A DNA stretch of 56,622 nt from an uncultured Candidatus Saccharibacteria bacterium (lineage in GTDB: Bacteria > Patescibacteriota > Minisyncoccia > Sungbacterales > HO2-52-23). The notes beneath the pieces are model-generated. The model made no database searches, was not told where the DNA came from, and saw only the letters and a list, made by a program, of their open reading frames with translations. This document shows, in pieces, positions 26,829 through 36,497 of the stretch; the first letter of the stretch is position 1; each line of letters opens with the position of its first letter. The stretch covers positions 1 through 56,622 of the forward strand of contig CAZVQM010000001.1 of assembly GCA_964629265.1 (NCBI GenBank), given 5' to 3'. Made by a program: the position numbers and the translations under genes.

Positions 26829-27255
26829 GGTATTTTTTTAGCAATTCCGAACTTGAACGAATTTTCCCTCCCCCAACATTATAGACGGGTCTAATCCCCA
26901 ATCGCTTGCACACTCTTTTTTCAGGTGTATTTTCTTTTGTTCTATCGCCGCCATTTGCAAAAATATGTGGTCGGATTTTAGCAAGCGCATCACAGACACT
27001 CATGTCCTCCGGATTTTTAGGGTGATCGGTCAAGATCACGCGATCGACACAAGACAATGTTTCTAATATCTCCTTACGTTCTCTCTCGGGCATGAATACT
27101 TTCCCCCTTTTTTTCATAAGCCAGTTATCGTTATTCAAAATTACGATATGAACGTCGCCGAGGCGTTTCGCGTGCCGGAACATCCTAATATGACCAACGT
27201 GAACCGGATCAAACCCCCCGCTCGTACAAATTATAATTTCTTTTTTTGTTCTCAT
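26818..27255 (-). CDS. Cytidylyltransferase-like nucleotidyltransferase (RfaE domain II / TagD-like)
   Basis: 145 aa with the HxGH motif 'SGGFDPVHVGHIRMFRHAK'. Confidence 0.8.
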   Translation of the reverse strand: MRTKKEIIICTSGGFDPVHVGHIRMFRHAKRLGDVHIVILNNDNWLMKKRGKVFMPERERKEILETLSCVDRVILTDHPKNPEDMSVCDALAKIRPHIFANGGDRTKENTPEKRVCKRLGIRPVYNVGGGKIRSSSELLKKYHAA

Positions 27256-27259
27256 GAAA

Positions 27260-28264
27260 CTAAGCTAATGAAACGCCGTTTTTCTCACAATCCGCATTAA
27301 GCATGATCCTTGCAATATCTTTAAATTTCATTTTCGGTTCCCATCCGAGATCTCGCTTAACTTTTGAATAGTCGCCACAGAGAACATCAATCTCTGTAGG
27401 ACGATAATACTGAGGATCGATGACAATATATTTCTGCCAGTCAGAAATGCCAGCAAGACGAAAAACTTCTTCCACGAACTCGCGAACCGTATGGGTTTCA
27501 CCGGTTGCGATTACATAATCATCGGGTTTCTCTGCCTGGAGCATCAGCCACATGGCTTCGACATATTCCGGGGCGTAGCCCCAGTCGCGTTTTGCGTCAA
27601 GATTTCCGAGATGAATACCATCTCGTTTCCCGCCAAGAATTTCTGAAACTCCTAACGTTATTTTTCGTGTTACAAACGTTTCCCCTCTTCTGGGCGACTC
27701 ATGATTAAAAAGAATTCCGTTTGAAGCAAAAAGACCATATGATTCGCGATAATTCTTTGCAAAGTGAAAAGCGGCGACCTTTGCGATACCGTAGGGACTC
27801 GCCGGATGAAAGGGAGAATTTTCATTCTGCGGCGACGGCACGTTACCGAACATCTCCGAAGAAGACGCTTGATAAAATTTCGTTTTAATCCTCGTATCGC
27901 GTATTGCCTCCAAAAGGCGCAAAGTGCCAAGCGCAATGGTATTTGTGGTGTATTCCGGTATGTCAAAACTTACCCGAACATGGCTTTGCGCGCCGAGATT
28001 ATAGATTTCATCAGGCCATACTGTTTCTATAATTCTTGCGAGATTGCTCGAATCGGTAAGATCGCCGTAATGAAGAATAACGCCCTCCTCATGAGGAACA
28101 GTCTTGTGGAGATGTTCAATACGACCTCGATTAAACGAACTTGAACGCCGTACAATACCATGAACTTCGTATCCTTTTTCTAGTAATAATTCGGCGAGAT
28201 ATGATCCATCCTGGCCAGTTATGCCAGTAACGAGAGCTTTTTTCTTTTTTGATTTCGTCTCCAT
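27260..28264 (-). CDS. gmd: GDP-mannose 4,6-dehydratase
   Basis: Motifs '[38 protein letters not shown]', '[10 protein letters not shown]' (YxxxK) and '[16 protein letters not shown]', the canonical Gmd signature stretch. Confidence 0.9.
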   Translation of the reverse strand: METKSKKKKALVTGITGQDGSYLAELLLEKGYEVHGIVRRSSSFNRGRIEHLHKTVPHEEGVILHYGDLTDSSNLARIIETVWPDEIYNLGAQSHVRVSFDIPEYTTNTIALGTLRLLEAIRDTRIKTKFYQASSSEMFGNVPSPQNENSPFHPASPYGIAKVAAFHFAKNYRESYGLFASNGILFNHESPRRGETFVTRKITLGVSEILGGKRDGIHLGNLDAKRDWGYAPEYVEAMWLMLQAEKPDDYVIATGETHTVREFVEEVFRLAGISDWQKYIVIDPQYYRPTEIDVLCGDYSKVKRDLGWEPKMKFKDIARIMLNADCEKNGVSLA

Positions 28265-28280
28265 AATTTTATGGTTTTGT

Positions 28281-28892
28281 CTAACGTCTCTGCTTTATGA
28301 TTTTTGCCGGATGGCCGACCGCGGTAACATACGCAGGCAAATCATCGACGACCACCGACCCTGATCCAACAACCGTTCGCTCGCCGATCGTTATATGATC
28401 ATTAATAACACTCCTTAAACCAATAAATGTACCCCTTCCCACTCGAACGCTACCGCCAGTAACCACGCCGGGCGCGAGATGTACAAATGGCTCTATAATA
28501 GCGTCATGTTCCACCAAACATCCGCTGTTTATGATTACGCCGTCACCGATTATCGCACCGGTATGAATAAAGGCGCGAGCGCCGATCATAACACCTTCAC
28601 CTATATGAACATTTTTATCGATAAGTGCGGTGGGGTGGATAGCATTGGTAAATACTGCCCCTCTCTCTTTTAACGCCCTGAATACTTTTTCTCGAATCTC
28701 GGTATCGCCAATTGCGACAAAAAAATAGCATCCCTGGCGAATAAATTTTTCTGCATCTTTGTCGGTTCCCAGATAGGGATCCCTTTTCGATTCTCTGTCG
28801 AGAAATCCCAAAACCCGAACACCGCTATCATAACTAAAAATATTCGCTGCGACGCCGGCGTGTTCCCCTGCACCAACAATTACAACTTCCAT
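28281..28892 (-). CDS. PglD/NeuD/PerB-type hexapeptide sugar N-acetyltransferase
   Basis: N-terminal Rossmann-like '[16 protein letters not shown]' followed by left-handed beta-helix repeats ('[37 protein letters not shown]'). The ATG at 28892 is preferred, because the track start at 29054 overlaps the upstream gene. Confidence 0.8.
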   Translation of the reverse strand: MEVVIVGAGEHAGVAANIFSYDSGVRVLGFLDRESKRDPYLGTDKDAEKFIRQGCYFFVAIGDTEIREKVFRALKERGAVFTNAIHPTALIDKNVHIGEGVMIGARAFIHTGAIIGDGVIINSGCLVEHDAIIEPFVHLAPGVVTGGSVRVGRGTFIGLRSVINDHITIGERTVVGSGSVVVDDLPAYVTAVGHPAKIIKQRR

Positions 28893-28923
28893 GATTAATG
28901 TAACGGAAAAATAACGCTCATAG

Positions 28924-29787
28924 TCACTTTTTTTCAAAAATAAAATTTGCCGCGCTCCCCGGAATGTAAGAAGGACGAGAAACAACTGCGAATCCGCTCT
29001 TTCCCAACTGCTCAAAAATCTCCCCATGGCCGGGAAGAGCCTCATCAATCTCAATTATAAGAGACCGGAGTCCTGCGTACTCTAACGTTTTTCTTGCGCC
29101 TCGCACTATACCAAGCTCACCGCCATCCACATCAATTTTTATCAAATTCGGTAGCGGTACATTAAATCGTTCAACAAAATCGTCAAGCCGAAACGCAAGA
29201 ACTGACTGATTAAATTCATAATTTTCACGCCGCGAAGGAACTTGCTTCCCACTGTCTAAATAATGCTTTGCGCGACCAGCTCCGATATCTGTATATCGGA
29301 ATGTATGAATTTTAGTTTCTTCCGCAAGCGCAATCTGAAAAGGGTACACTCGATCAGAACAACTATTCATTGCGATATTTTTACAAAACGCGGAAAAATT
29401 TTCGAATCCCGGCTCAAATGCGTATATACTGCACTTCCCCTTACACGCCGCCCAACCAATCAAAGAAAAAACACCGATATTTGCTCCAATATCATAAAAT
29501 ACATCCCCGGATCCTATATGGGTATCCAGCCAACGTACGGTTTCCGGTTCTTTGGCACAATAGGATAATCTCTTTGTTAATGTATAGGTACCCACATCCA
29601 TCCGAATATCACGACGTGGATAGTCAAGTATCGCTGTCACTTGCATCTGCTCTTTCATATTCACCTTGAAAGAATTCAACAGCCGCTCAAGAGATGTCCG
29701 ACCGAGCGTCTTTGTCCTGTGTGCTCTCCGGAAGGTTTCCTTCCAAAGCCACAGGAAACGACGAATATTCTTTATACGATACCTCAT
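28924..29787 (-). CDS. FkbM-family SAM methyltransferase
   Basis: Motifs 'DVFYDIGANIGVFSL' and 'IYAFEP'. The start is coupled to the upstream stop (TAATG at 29785-29789). Confidence 0.8.
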   Translation of the reverse strand: MRYRIKNIRRFLWLWKETFRRAHRTKTLGRTSLERLLNSFKVNMKEQMQVTAILDYPRRDIRMDVGTYTLTKRLSYCAKEPETVRWLDTHIGSGDVFYDIGANIGVFSLIGWAACKGKCSIYAFEPGFENFSAFCKNIAMNSCSDRVYPFQIALAEETKIHTFRYTDIGAGRAKHYLDSGKQVPSRRENYEFNQSVLAFRLDDFVERFNVPLPNLIKIDVDGGELGIVRGARKTLEYAGLRSLIIEIDEALPGHGEIFEQLGKSGFAVVSRPSYIPGSAANFIFEKK

Positions 29788-31022
29788 TATGCTTTTAAAT
29801 ATTTTTTATACTCCTCTTGAAATATGCCCTCTATGACATGCGCATAATTTTTTTGAGACAAATGTTTCTCAACAAAAACCCGTCCATTACGACTCAATTT
29901 CATATAGAGTTCCGGATTATCGAAAAACGCCTCAATAGATGCCGCAATATCTTTCGGCGATTTATCTTCGGCAAAAAGCGCGGTCTCTCTATGCACTAAT
30001 ATTCCGGCAAGACCGCTTGTTTTTGCGGATACCGCTGGAGTACCGCATGCCATAGCTTCAGAAACGGTAAATGGAAGACCCGCCTCTTGCATAACCGCGG
30101 AGGTAACTACAATGTCACCGTTTTGATATGTCTTTGCGAGCTCCTCTTCGGGGACAAAACCCAAGAATACGATTCGATCTCCGATACCGAGCTGTTCTGC
30201 TAGATTTTTCAATTTTTCGTAATAATTTCTCCGATGTTCATACGCGCCTACCACACTCACTCGTATATCATATCCCCTATCGATAAGAAGCTTTACTGCC
30301 TCAATCGCGTCTTCAAAACGCCTATACGTAAACAGGGTTCCCGTAAGAAGGAGGTGTGCTTTCCGGTCTCTAAGCGGCTTTCTTTCTTTATAAGGAAAAC
30401 GTTCTACGTCTATACCGGATTGTACCACGATAGATTTCCGCCCGATAAATTTTTTCACATTTTCACGATTCCGCTCTGAATACACAACAATCGTATTATG
30501 CCGTATAAATTTCCCTATCTCTATCATGTCCGTGCAGTAATAAAAAAAACGCTTCAACAAAGGAACACGAAATCGCGGATCATGTGCCTTTCCCGATTTA
30601 AACTTCCAGCCGAAAAGAGGCATAGAAGACATTTCCCAGATACAGGGGATATCTTTTATCTCCTTTTTAAAATATACGGAAACCGGATATGTATTATGGG
30701 AATGCGCGTCGAGTAACTCCGTATCGCGATCAACGAGGTATGCCAACCGTCTCGCGTGCTCATTTCTTTGCTGCCATCTCACTAAATAACTCGGGCGACG
30801 GAGAATCCCCAAAAATCTTTTCTGAACGGATATATGATCACGAGGTAGCGATACTATCCTGAGACCTTGTGTAAGTTCTGGTGATGCGAGTGCTGGGTCG
30901 TATTCAAACGTATATACCGTAATCTGATGTCCCATCCTTTGTAATTCATGCGCAAGCCCCAACGCTTTTTGCTGCATCCCGTCTTTTCGTTTAATTTTTC
31001 TGAGAATAATGCCAATCTTCAC
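29787..31022 (-). CDS. GT4 (GT-B fold) glycosyltransferase, paralogue 2 of a pair
   Basis: GTG start with AAGGA upstream, motif 'FTVSEAMACGTPAVSAKTSG', paralogous to 22102..23325. Confidence 0.8.
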   Translation of the reverse strand: MKIGIILRKIKRKDGMQQKALGLAHELQRMGHQITVYTFEYDPALASPELTQGLRIVSLPRDHISVQKRFLGILRRPSYLVRWQQRNEHARRLAYLVDRDTELLDAHSHNTYPVSVYFKKEIKDIPCIWEMSSMPLFGWKFKSGKAHDPRFRVPLLKRFFYYCTDMIEIGKFIRHNTIVVYSERNRENVKKFIGRKSIVVQSGIDVERFPYKERKPLRDRKAHLLLTGTLFTYRRFEDAIEAVKLLIDRGYDIRVSVVGAYEHRRNYYEKLKNLAEQLGIGDRIVFLGFVPEEELAKTYQNGDIVVTSAVMQEAGLPFTVSEAMACGTPAVSAKTSGLAGILVHRETALFAEDKSPKDIAASIEAFFDNPELYMKLSRNGRVFVEKHLSQKNYAHVIEGIFQEEYKKYLKA

Positions 31023-31036
31023 AAAATAGTTCCTTA

Positions 31037-31065
31037 TTGACTTTTATAAAGATTCATATTATTGT
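31037..31065 (+). promoter_or_regulatory. Putative promoter for the Nudix-like gene
   Basis: TTGACT (31037-31042), a 17-nt spacer, then TATTGT (31060-31065). Confidence 0.35.
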
Positions 31066-31071
31066 AATCAA
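31043..31071 (-). promoter_or_regulatory. Putative promoter for the GT4/FkbM/.../NeuA operon (face-to-face with the + strand promoter)
   Basis: On the minus strand: TTGATT (31071-31066), a 17-nt spacer, then TATAAA (31048-31043). Confidence 0.4.
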
Positions 31072-31090
31072 AGCTCGTAGGGAGGAGAAA

Positions 31091-31594
31091 GTGGAAAAGA
31101 AAGACGCTGATGAACTTGTACGACTTCTCGGCATCGTTGCTCGAGAGAAAGGGTATTTGCCAAATCAAGAGTCGTTTGAAGCAATCCACAAGATCATCCC
31201 ATGGGCGGCCGTAGAGATTCTTGTTATCAATCCTGATATTCCCAGGGAATTCTTCCTCACCAGACGCAATGATCAATACTGGAATGGATGGCATATCCCC
31301 GGAGGATATGTAAGAACAACTCATACTTCGCTCATTGATGCGTGCAACTCAGTCGCAACACGAGAACTCGGAAACGCTTCCGCAATAATCTCCGCAAGAC
31401 TTATCACTGCGTATCTCTGGAAAGATCATCCGTATGGCAATCCGATTTCTCTTGTGTACGCATGCACGGTTGACCAACGTCCTCATACGAATGATCACGC
31501 ACGTTTTTTTTCAGAGGTTCCCTCTCCGATGGTCCCACATCATGTCGACTTCATACACGCGTACCTTCAATCACTTTCCGGAAATCACCCCTGA
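31091..31594 (+). CDS. Nudix-fold-like protein with a degenerate Nudix box
   Basis: 'GWHIPGGYVRTTHTSLIDACNSVATRELG' fits G-x5-(E)-x7-RE-L but lacks the EE pair. The GTG at 31091 has GGAGGAG 4 nt upstream. Nudix GDP-sugar hydrolases (Gmm/WcaH) are known neighbours of gmd. Confidence 0.4.
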   Translation: MEKKDADELVRLLGIVAREKGYLPNQESFEAIHKIIPWAAVEILVINPDIPREFFLTRRNDQYWNGWHIPGGYVRTTHTSLIDACNSVATRELGNASAIISARLITAYLWKDHPYGNPISLVYACTVDQRPHTNDHARFFSEVPSPMVPHHVDFIHAYLQSLSGNHP

Positions 31595-31595
31595 G

Positions 31596-31611
31596 AAAAC
31601 CCAGGGGTTTT
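31596..31611. terminator. Small hairpin between convergent genes (weak terminator)
   Basis: AAAACC-CAGG-GGTTTT. It is short and AU-rich and overlaps the stop codon of the 902-aa gene. Confidence 0.25.
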
Positions 31612-34318
31612 ACAATACGCGAAATTCCGGAATACTTACAATAAACTTGCCGCCCTTTAATCTCCATTCTTTCTCCTTTTCGAGAAACGCATTGGTAAAT
31701 CCCCACGGAAGAATATAAAAATAGTCGGCTTTTGCGCGCGCCATTGCCTCAGATACAATAGGAATATTCGTCCCCACCGTAAACTTCCCAATCTTTTCCG
31801 GATGCTTTTCTGCAATCCCGGCGAGCAATGAAGAATCGATCTTGGACCACTGGAGAATCGTATTCCCCTTCGTGCTTGCGCCGTACCCATAAATAATTTT
31901 TCCGCGAGCGATCTCACTCCGCATAAACGCAATGGTATCATCCCGATTTTTTTCAATCGCGTTTCGAAAACGAATAAATTCTTCTTCCCCGACGTCTTCC
32001 GGATACTGAATACTTCCCGACGCAAGATGGCGCGAAAAAAGCCGATAACTCCCGCCGTTGATGTTGTTTTCCGTGACACGAAAAATCTCAAGTCCGTTTC
32101 TCTCAAAAAGATGCCTCAAAGCGCGATACGAATAATATTCGAGATGCTCATGGCAGATATTTGAGACGTCGTTATGCTCGAGCATCGGCCGCAACGTCAT
32201 CATCTGCGCAATAAAGACGCCATCGGGAGCAAGATGCCTCTTCACATTTTGCATAAAGCGATTCGGATCTTCACTGTCGTAAAACATGGAAATCGCCGTA
32301 ATGATTTTTGCCTTCCTGTTTTCTGGAAGGATATGGACATCTTCCCACGCCACGCCGTATATGACATCGGCGTATCGCTTCAATTCAGGAATCAAATTTT
32401 GCGCCGGTTCCACGCCGACCCTGAGAGAGGACGATGGGACAAACGAAAGAAGTGTCCCGTCATTTGCGCCAATATCCAAAAAGAGGTCTCCAGATGCCGG
32501 CTTTGCAATAGCAAGAGAAAGCGAAGCGATCTCTCTCAAATCATCAATAATCATAGGATTCAACGCAGACCGATACCAGTAATGATCCGTATAGAGAACG
32601 CGGAAATCAGCCGTGTGCTTCAACTGAACAAGATCGCACCCGCCGCAGTGAACCAGCGTAAGAGGTGAGGATGCTGTCTTGTGAGACGGATCCCCAACAA
32701 ACGCGTTTATGTGGAGTTCCCCAAGCGATACAACCTCACTCAACTCGCGGGAGCCGCATACGCGGCACTTTGTAATAACCCCTTCCTTCATACATATTCG
32801 TGCGTTATGCGATGCAAATTCTTCAATCTCTCGCGAGAGGATCTCGCCAGCGGGAACCGTAAAGCCGCGAGGCCTGATGAAACGCCGAACGTAGCGCTTC
32901 CTATTTCCCTCTGTTCGATCGACTCCGCTCGCCAACAGACACACGGCATCTACAAATTCAGCCGGAGAACGAACAAATTCAAGAACGCGGCCCTCCATGA
33001 GCTGCTGAAAATGAATCGCATGCTCCTGCCTGTTTTGTTTTGCAAGAATGGAAATCACCGGCCTTCCGATGATTATAGCACCGATGACTGCACTTGTATT
33101 GGCGCCTTCAACCACGGCGCAGGAATGAAACAAACAATCATAAAACAGCTGAAGATTCTTTATAGCGACCGGCAGTATATTGAACGCTGGAATAACTCGT
33201 ACATCACGCAAACCAGATACCCGCTCGTACATTGAAAAATGCGTTGGATGCGGCCTGATAATAACCTGTGTCTTCCGAATGTGTGGATTGGAAGCATTGT
33301 CGAGCGCGTACCGTATCCACTCAATAAGTCCTGCCTCGTCAATCGTTGCAGCAACAGAACTCCCCAAATAGAGGAGGATCGGATCTTCCGCGCGAAGTTT
33401 GTACATCGCACAAAAATTTTTGCGCTCGAGAGAAGGACTTCGCGGCACAAACCACTCATCGAAATACGGCGCTCCCGTAACGCGAATATCCTCTCGCGCC
33501 ATTCCCTGATACATAACAGCTTCATCGCGCTGCGTTTCGTTCCACACGAACAATCGGTCGGGAATTATATGGAAAACTCCTTTATTGGTGAGATTATCCC
33601 ACGAAAGCACTGGGATAGCATTTGGAATTTTCATATCTCGCGCCGCCTTCAAATACTCAAGTTCAGCAGAAGAATACCGCATATTGGTGGGAGAAGCGAG
33701 TACCACATCCGGATGTATCTCCTGTATATGCAGAATCGCGTTTGGGTGAGCAGATGCGAAACGCTCAAAGAGTCTAAGACATGCGCCTACTACGCCGGTA
33801 CGAAGCAAAAAACGGACCGGCAGCCACAAAACGCATTTCTGCAAAAAAGGATGAAGATACCGTCGCCACCGTTCTGCATAGAATTGTTCCTGCTCGGGCA
33901 TGAGGAGGTAACGCCGATAGCTCAAAATCTCCCGCACATGAAAAAGGAAGGTTCCTCGCCGCGATACATCGCGGGCCCAGTCGAATAGTATCCCAGATGA
34001 GGCGGATTCTCCTTTCCGCAGATCCTCAATAGAATATTTCTTTGAAAGACCACGATCGAAAAGAACATGCACGCGATTGCCGCGATCTGCCATCGCCCGA
34101 ATCGCGCTTTGAAAGACACTAAACTCGCCACACGAGCGGATGACAAAAAGAATGGTAAACCCCGCACTAAATTTCGACTGGTTCTTGTGCCGCCCTGATG
34201 GAGCCGGCGGGAGAACGTTGGATTCCAAAACAATATGTTCACCAGTATCCGATGGAACCGACTGCGGCGGTCGAAATTGTAGTGGCGGGGTAAACTGTCG
34301 AGAAGAAAGTGATGTCAT
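31610..34318 (-). CDS. Fusion protein: uncharacterised 'SWDN-motif' two-Rossmann-like domain (N) + TylCIII-type NDP-hexose C-methyltransferase (C)
   Basis: The N-terminal half carries 'IPVLSWDNLTNKGVF', 'IRVTGAPYFDEW' and 'VIIRPHPTHF'. The C-terminal half has a Zn-ribbon 'CRVCGSRELSEV...HCGGCDLVQL', the SAM motif 'FLDIGANDGTLL', and 'ICHEHLEYYS', 'NGGSYRLF', 'YGYGASTKGNTILQ'. The ATG at 34318 forms an ATGA overlap with the upstream stop. Confidence 0.8.
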   Translation of the reverse strand: MTSLSSRQFTPPLQFRPPQSVPSDTGEHIVLESNVLPPAPSGRHKNQSKFSAGFTILFVIRSCGEFSVFQSAIRAMADRGNRVHVLFDRGLSKKYSIEDLRKGESASSGILFDWARDVSRRGTFLFHVREILSYRRYLLMPEQEQFYAERWRRYLHPFLQKCVLWLPVRFLLRTGVVGACLRLFERFASAHPNAILHIQEIHPDVVLASPTNMRYSSAELEYLKAARDMKIPNAIPVLSWDNLTNKGVFHIIPDRLFVWNETQRDEAVMYQGMAREDIRVTGAPYFDEWFVPRSPSLERKNFCAMYKLRAEDPILLYLGSSVAATIDEAGLIEWIRYALDNASNPHIRKTQVIIRPHPTHFSMYERVSGLRDVRVIPAFNILPVAIKNLQLFYDCLFHSCAVVEGANTSAVIGAIIIGRPVISILAKQNRQEHAIHFQQLMEGRVLEFVRSPAEFVDAVCLLASGVDRTEGNRKRYVRRFIRPRGFTVPAGEILSREIEEFASHNARICMKEGVITKCRVCGSRELSEVVSLGELHINAFVGDPSHKTASSPLTLVHCGGCDLVQLKHTADFRVLYTDHYWYRSALNPMIIDDLREIASLSLAIAKPASGDLFLDIGANDGTLLSFVPSSSLRVGVEPAQNLIPELKRYADVIYGVAWEDVHILPENRKAKIITAISMFYDSEDPNRFMQNVKRHLAPDGVFIAQMMTLRPMLEHNDVSNICHEHLEYYSYRALRHLFERNGLEIFRVTENNINGGSYRLFSRHLASGSIQYPEDVGEEEFIRFRNAIEKNRDDTIAFMRSEIARGKIIYGYGASTKGNTILQWSKIDSSLLAGIAEKHPEKIGKFTVGTNIPIVSEAMARAKADYFYILPWGFTNAFLEKEKEWRLKGGKFIVSIPEFRVL

Positions 34319-35091
34319 GGAAACACAAGGAGGCATTGGCCCGTCATGAGGTTAAACCGCCGTATTCGTTTGCCTGCGGGAGAACCGCAGTATTCTTCGA
34401 CTGTCTTTTCTACGCCGGGCGAGGTTTCATAAAAACCATAGTCGTCGACAATGATAATCCCCCCTGAGGCCATCCGTTCTCCGAAAAAAGAGAGAGCGAA
34501 TTTCGTCGGCTCCTCAATATCCATATCAAGATGTACGAGATGAAATTTCGTATGGAAAAATCGCGGCGCGATATCTTGAATTCTCCCTTTTAGTACTTCA
34601 ACGAACGGAAAAGAAGAAAGGTATGCGCGAACCGATTCAAAACTCGTATCGGAAAAAAGGCCCGGAACGTGGCGTTTCCCTTCTCGAAGGTGTGGCAAAT
34701 CCCGTGCGTCGTGCCCGGTAAACGTATCGACACTATACATGGCCGCGCCATCGGAAAAATAATGGCGGCAGAGCGCTGCAAGAAAATGGCTCGTTCCCCC
34801 TTTGTGTACTCCCGCCTCGAGGATAAAAATCTTTTCGCCGCCATGGCGAATCCGCGTGATATTTTCGACCGCCTGATACAAATGATAAAGCCGATCATAA
34901 AAATGTCCCGTGGTCTTCGCTTCGACAACCTCGCGCGCGCTTCGATAGAAGACGCTGTGTGCCCGAATATCGCGAAGTTTCTTGGCCGAACGTCCGTATA
35001 CGGTCGGCACATAGTGATACCCCTCTCGGGCGCGAAACACTACGTACCCAAAGCGGAGGATTATTCTCTGTACGAATTCATTTAATTTCAT
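34315..35091 (-). CDS. TylF/MycF-family (Methyltransf_24-like) SAM O-methyltransferase
   Basis: Motifs 'ILEAGVHKGGTSHFLA', 'SVDTFTGH', 'VHLDMDIEEPT' and 'GGIIIVDDYGF'. The ATG at 35091 is preferred over the track start at 35184. Confidence 0.8.
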   Translation of the reverse strand: MKLNEFVQRIILRFGYVVFRAREGYHYVPTVYGRSAKKLRDIRAHSVFYRSAREVVEAKTTGHFYDRLYHLYQAVENITRIRHGGEKIFILEAGVHKGGTSHFLAALCRHYFSDGAAMYSVDTFTGHDARDLPHLREGKRHVPGLFSDTSFESVRAYLSSFPFVEVLKGRIQDIAPRFFHTKFHLVHLDMDIEEPTKFALSFFGERMASGGIIIVDDYGFYETSPGVEKTVEEYCGSPAGKRIRRFNLMTGQCLLVFP

Positions 35092-36496
35092 GGTAGGGAA
35101 TCTTACGGAGGTCTGAATGTGACGCGACAGCATGTACGATCCGGAAAATGCGCTCGCCTGCTTTCCCGTCAAGCGGCCCAACATGCTTTTTTACGATACG
35201 CGCCCTCCCCTCGCGATCACGGGACGGATTTTCAAGATACGAACGTACAACCTCGATGAGCTCTTTTTCATTGGAAGCGCGCCGCATGCCTCCTGTAGCT
35301 TCCAGTTCCTGATAATGGACCGTATTATCAAGCGCCGCGGACAAACGCTGGCTCCATCGAATCCTCGAGTCGGGAGTATACCCATTGAATCCTATAAGGA
35401 CAATCGGCCTATCAAAAATCGATGCTTCGAGCGCAACAGTGGATCCCATATTAAGCGTAACGTCGCTCAAGCGCACCAAATTCATGAGAAGCCGAAGATC
35501 CGCATCGGTAAAATCCCATCCCTTCCCGAACGCAAGAACCGGACATTGCTTTGCCTCCTCGCGAAGCGCGCGTACATGATAGGGACTTGGATGCGGACGA
35601 ATGACCGCCTGCGAATTTGGGAGCTCTCCTCGCCCAATCGCTTTCACAAGCATCACGACGTGTTCGGCTGTTTCCGGAATGTTAAAGAGTCCCGCCATGA
35701 GCCCGCCTCCAAAATACGTGATCCAGCGCTTCGAAGAATCAATCCCAAACATCTTTCCGAACTCCTCCTTTGACATCCGCCACGCGGGGTCAACATAATG
35801 ATCCCATTGCGGAAATCCGACCACACGAATGTGTTCTCGTGGGTAGCTATTGAAACGCACCGCTTCTTCAACCATGGAATCATTCTGCACCAAGAGAACA
35901 TCGGGATGCACCCGAAGAAACCCTTTTGAGGTGAAATTATCCCAGCTTCGCATCATGCCGATCGAAGGAATCCCGTGGCGATGAGCGTATTTCACCATGA
36001 GAAAATCACTCTCCGTGAGAAGCCCGGCCGCAAACACGGCGTCAGGTTGATATTTCTCGAAGTATAGATGCCATCCCGCATCGTCACGAAAAATATAATA
36101 TTCGATATTCCGCATAATCCAGCGCCAAAACGTGAAATGCCCCAACACCCAGAATCCCTGCTTAACCAAAAAATTCACAAGCGAGCCGCCATTCAGATAG
36201 CTGAACCAGATTCGAGAAGAAATCGTACGGGTTGGTACGCACCCAAAACAAGCGATCCGATACATCTGTTTTACCCATCGATCTCCACCAATGTCGGGCG
36301 GAATTGACTCAATAATGCAATGCTCATTCCCGAATTTCTCTTGATACTTCTTTGCGTTTTCGTCCGGAACAAAGAGAACGGCGGTTACATCTTGGCGCGC
36401 CTTCAAAATCGAGTAAAAATCACCGTAGAGGATATTACGGATCTCCTGGCCCGCCGCAAGCGTAAGAAAAATTACCGTATTTCTTTTTTTTTCCAT
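35078..36496 (-). CDS. Uncharacterised 'SWDN-motif' two-Rossmann-like protein (paralogue B)
   Basis: Motifs 'GMMRSWDNFTSKGFL', 'IRVVGFPQWDHY' and 'AVIRPHPSPY', colinear with 41458..42825 and the N-terminal half of 31610..34318. An A9 run lies in codons 2-5. Confidence 0.7.
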   Translation of the reverse strand: MEKKRNTVIFLTLAAGQEIRNILYGDFYSILKARQDVTAVLFVPDENAKKYQEKFGNEHCIIESIPPDIGGDRWVKQMYRIACFGCVPTRTISSRIWFSYLNGGSLVNFLVKQGFWVLGHFTFWRWIMRNIEYYIFRDDAGWHLYFEKYQPDAVFAAGLLTESDFLMVKYAHRHGIPSIGMMRSWDNFTSKGFLRVHPDVLLVQNDSMVEEAVRFNSYPREHIRVVGFPQWDHYVDPAWRMSKEEFGKMFGIDSSKRWITYFGGGLMAGLFNIPETAEHVVMLVKAIGRGELPNSQAVIRPHPSPYHVRALREEAKQCPVLAFGKGWDFTDADLRLLMNLVRLSDVTLNMGSTVALEASIFDRPIVLIGFNGYTPDSRIRWSQRLSAALDNTVHYQELEATGGMRRASNEKELIEVVRSYLENPSRDREGRARIVKKHVGPLDGKAGERIFRIVHAVASHSDLRKIPYHEIK

Positions 36497-36497
36497 A

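Noticed and set aside
36484-36492. The A9/T9 homopolymer in codons 2-5 of SWDN paralogue B, and similar A/T runs at the 5' ends of gmd (28241-28256) and neuC (39583-39596), considered as phase-variation tracts.
   Set aside because: They encode N-terminal Lys runs ([19 protein letters not shown]), which are common in AT-biased starts. Runs of 9 or fewer A/T are weakly mutable. There is no evidence of frameshifted variants in this sequence.
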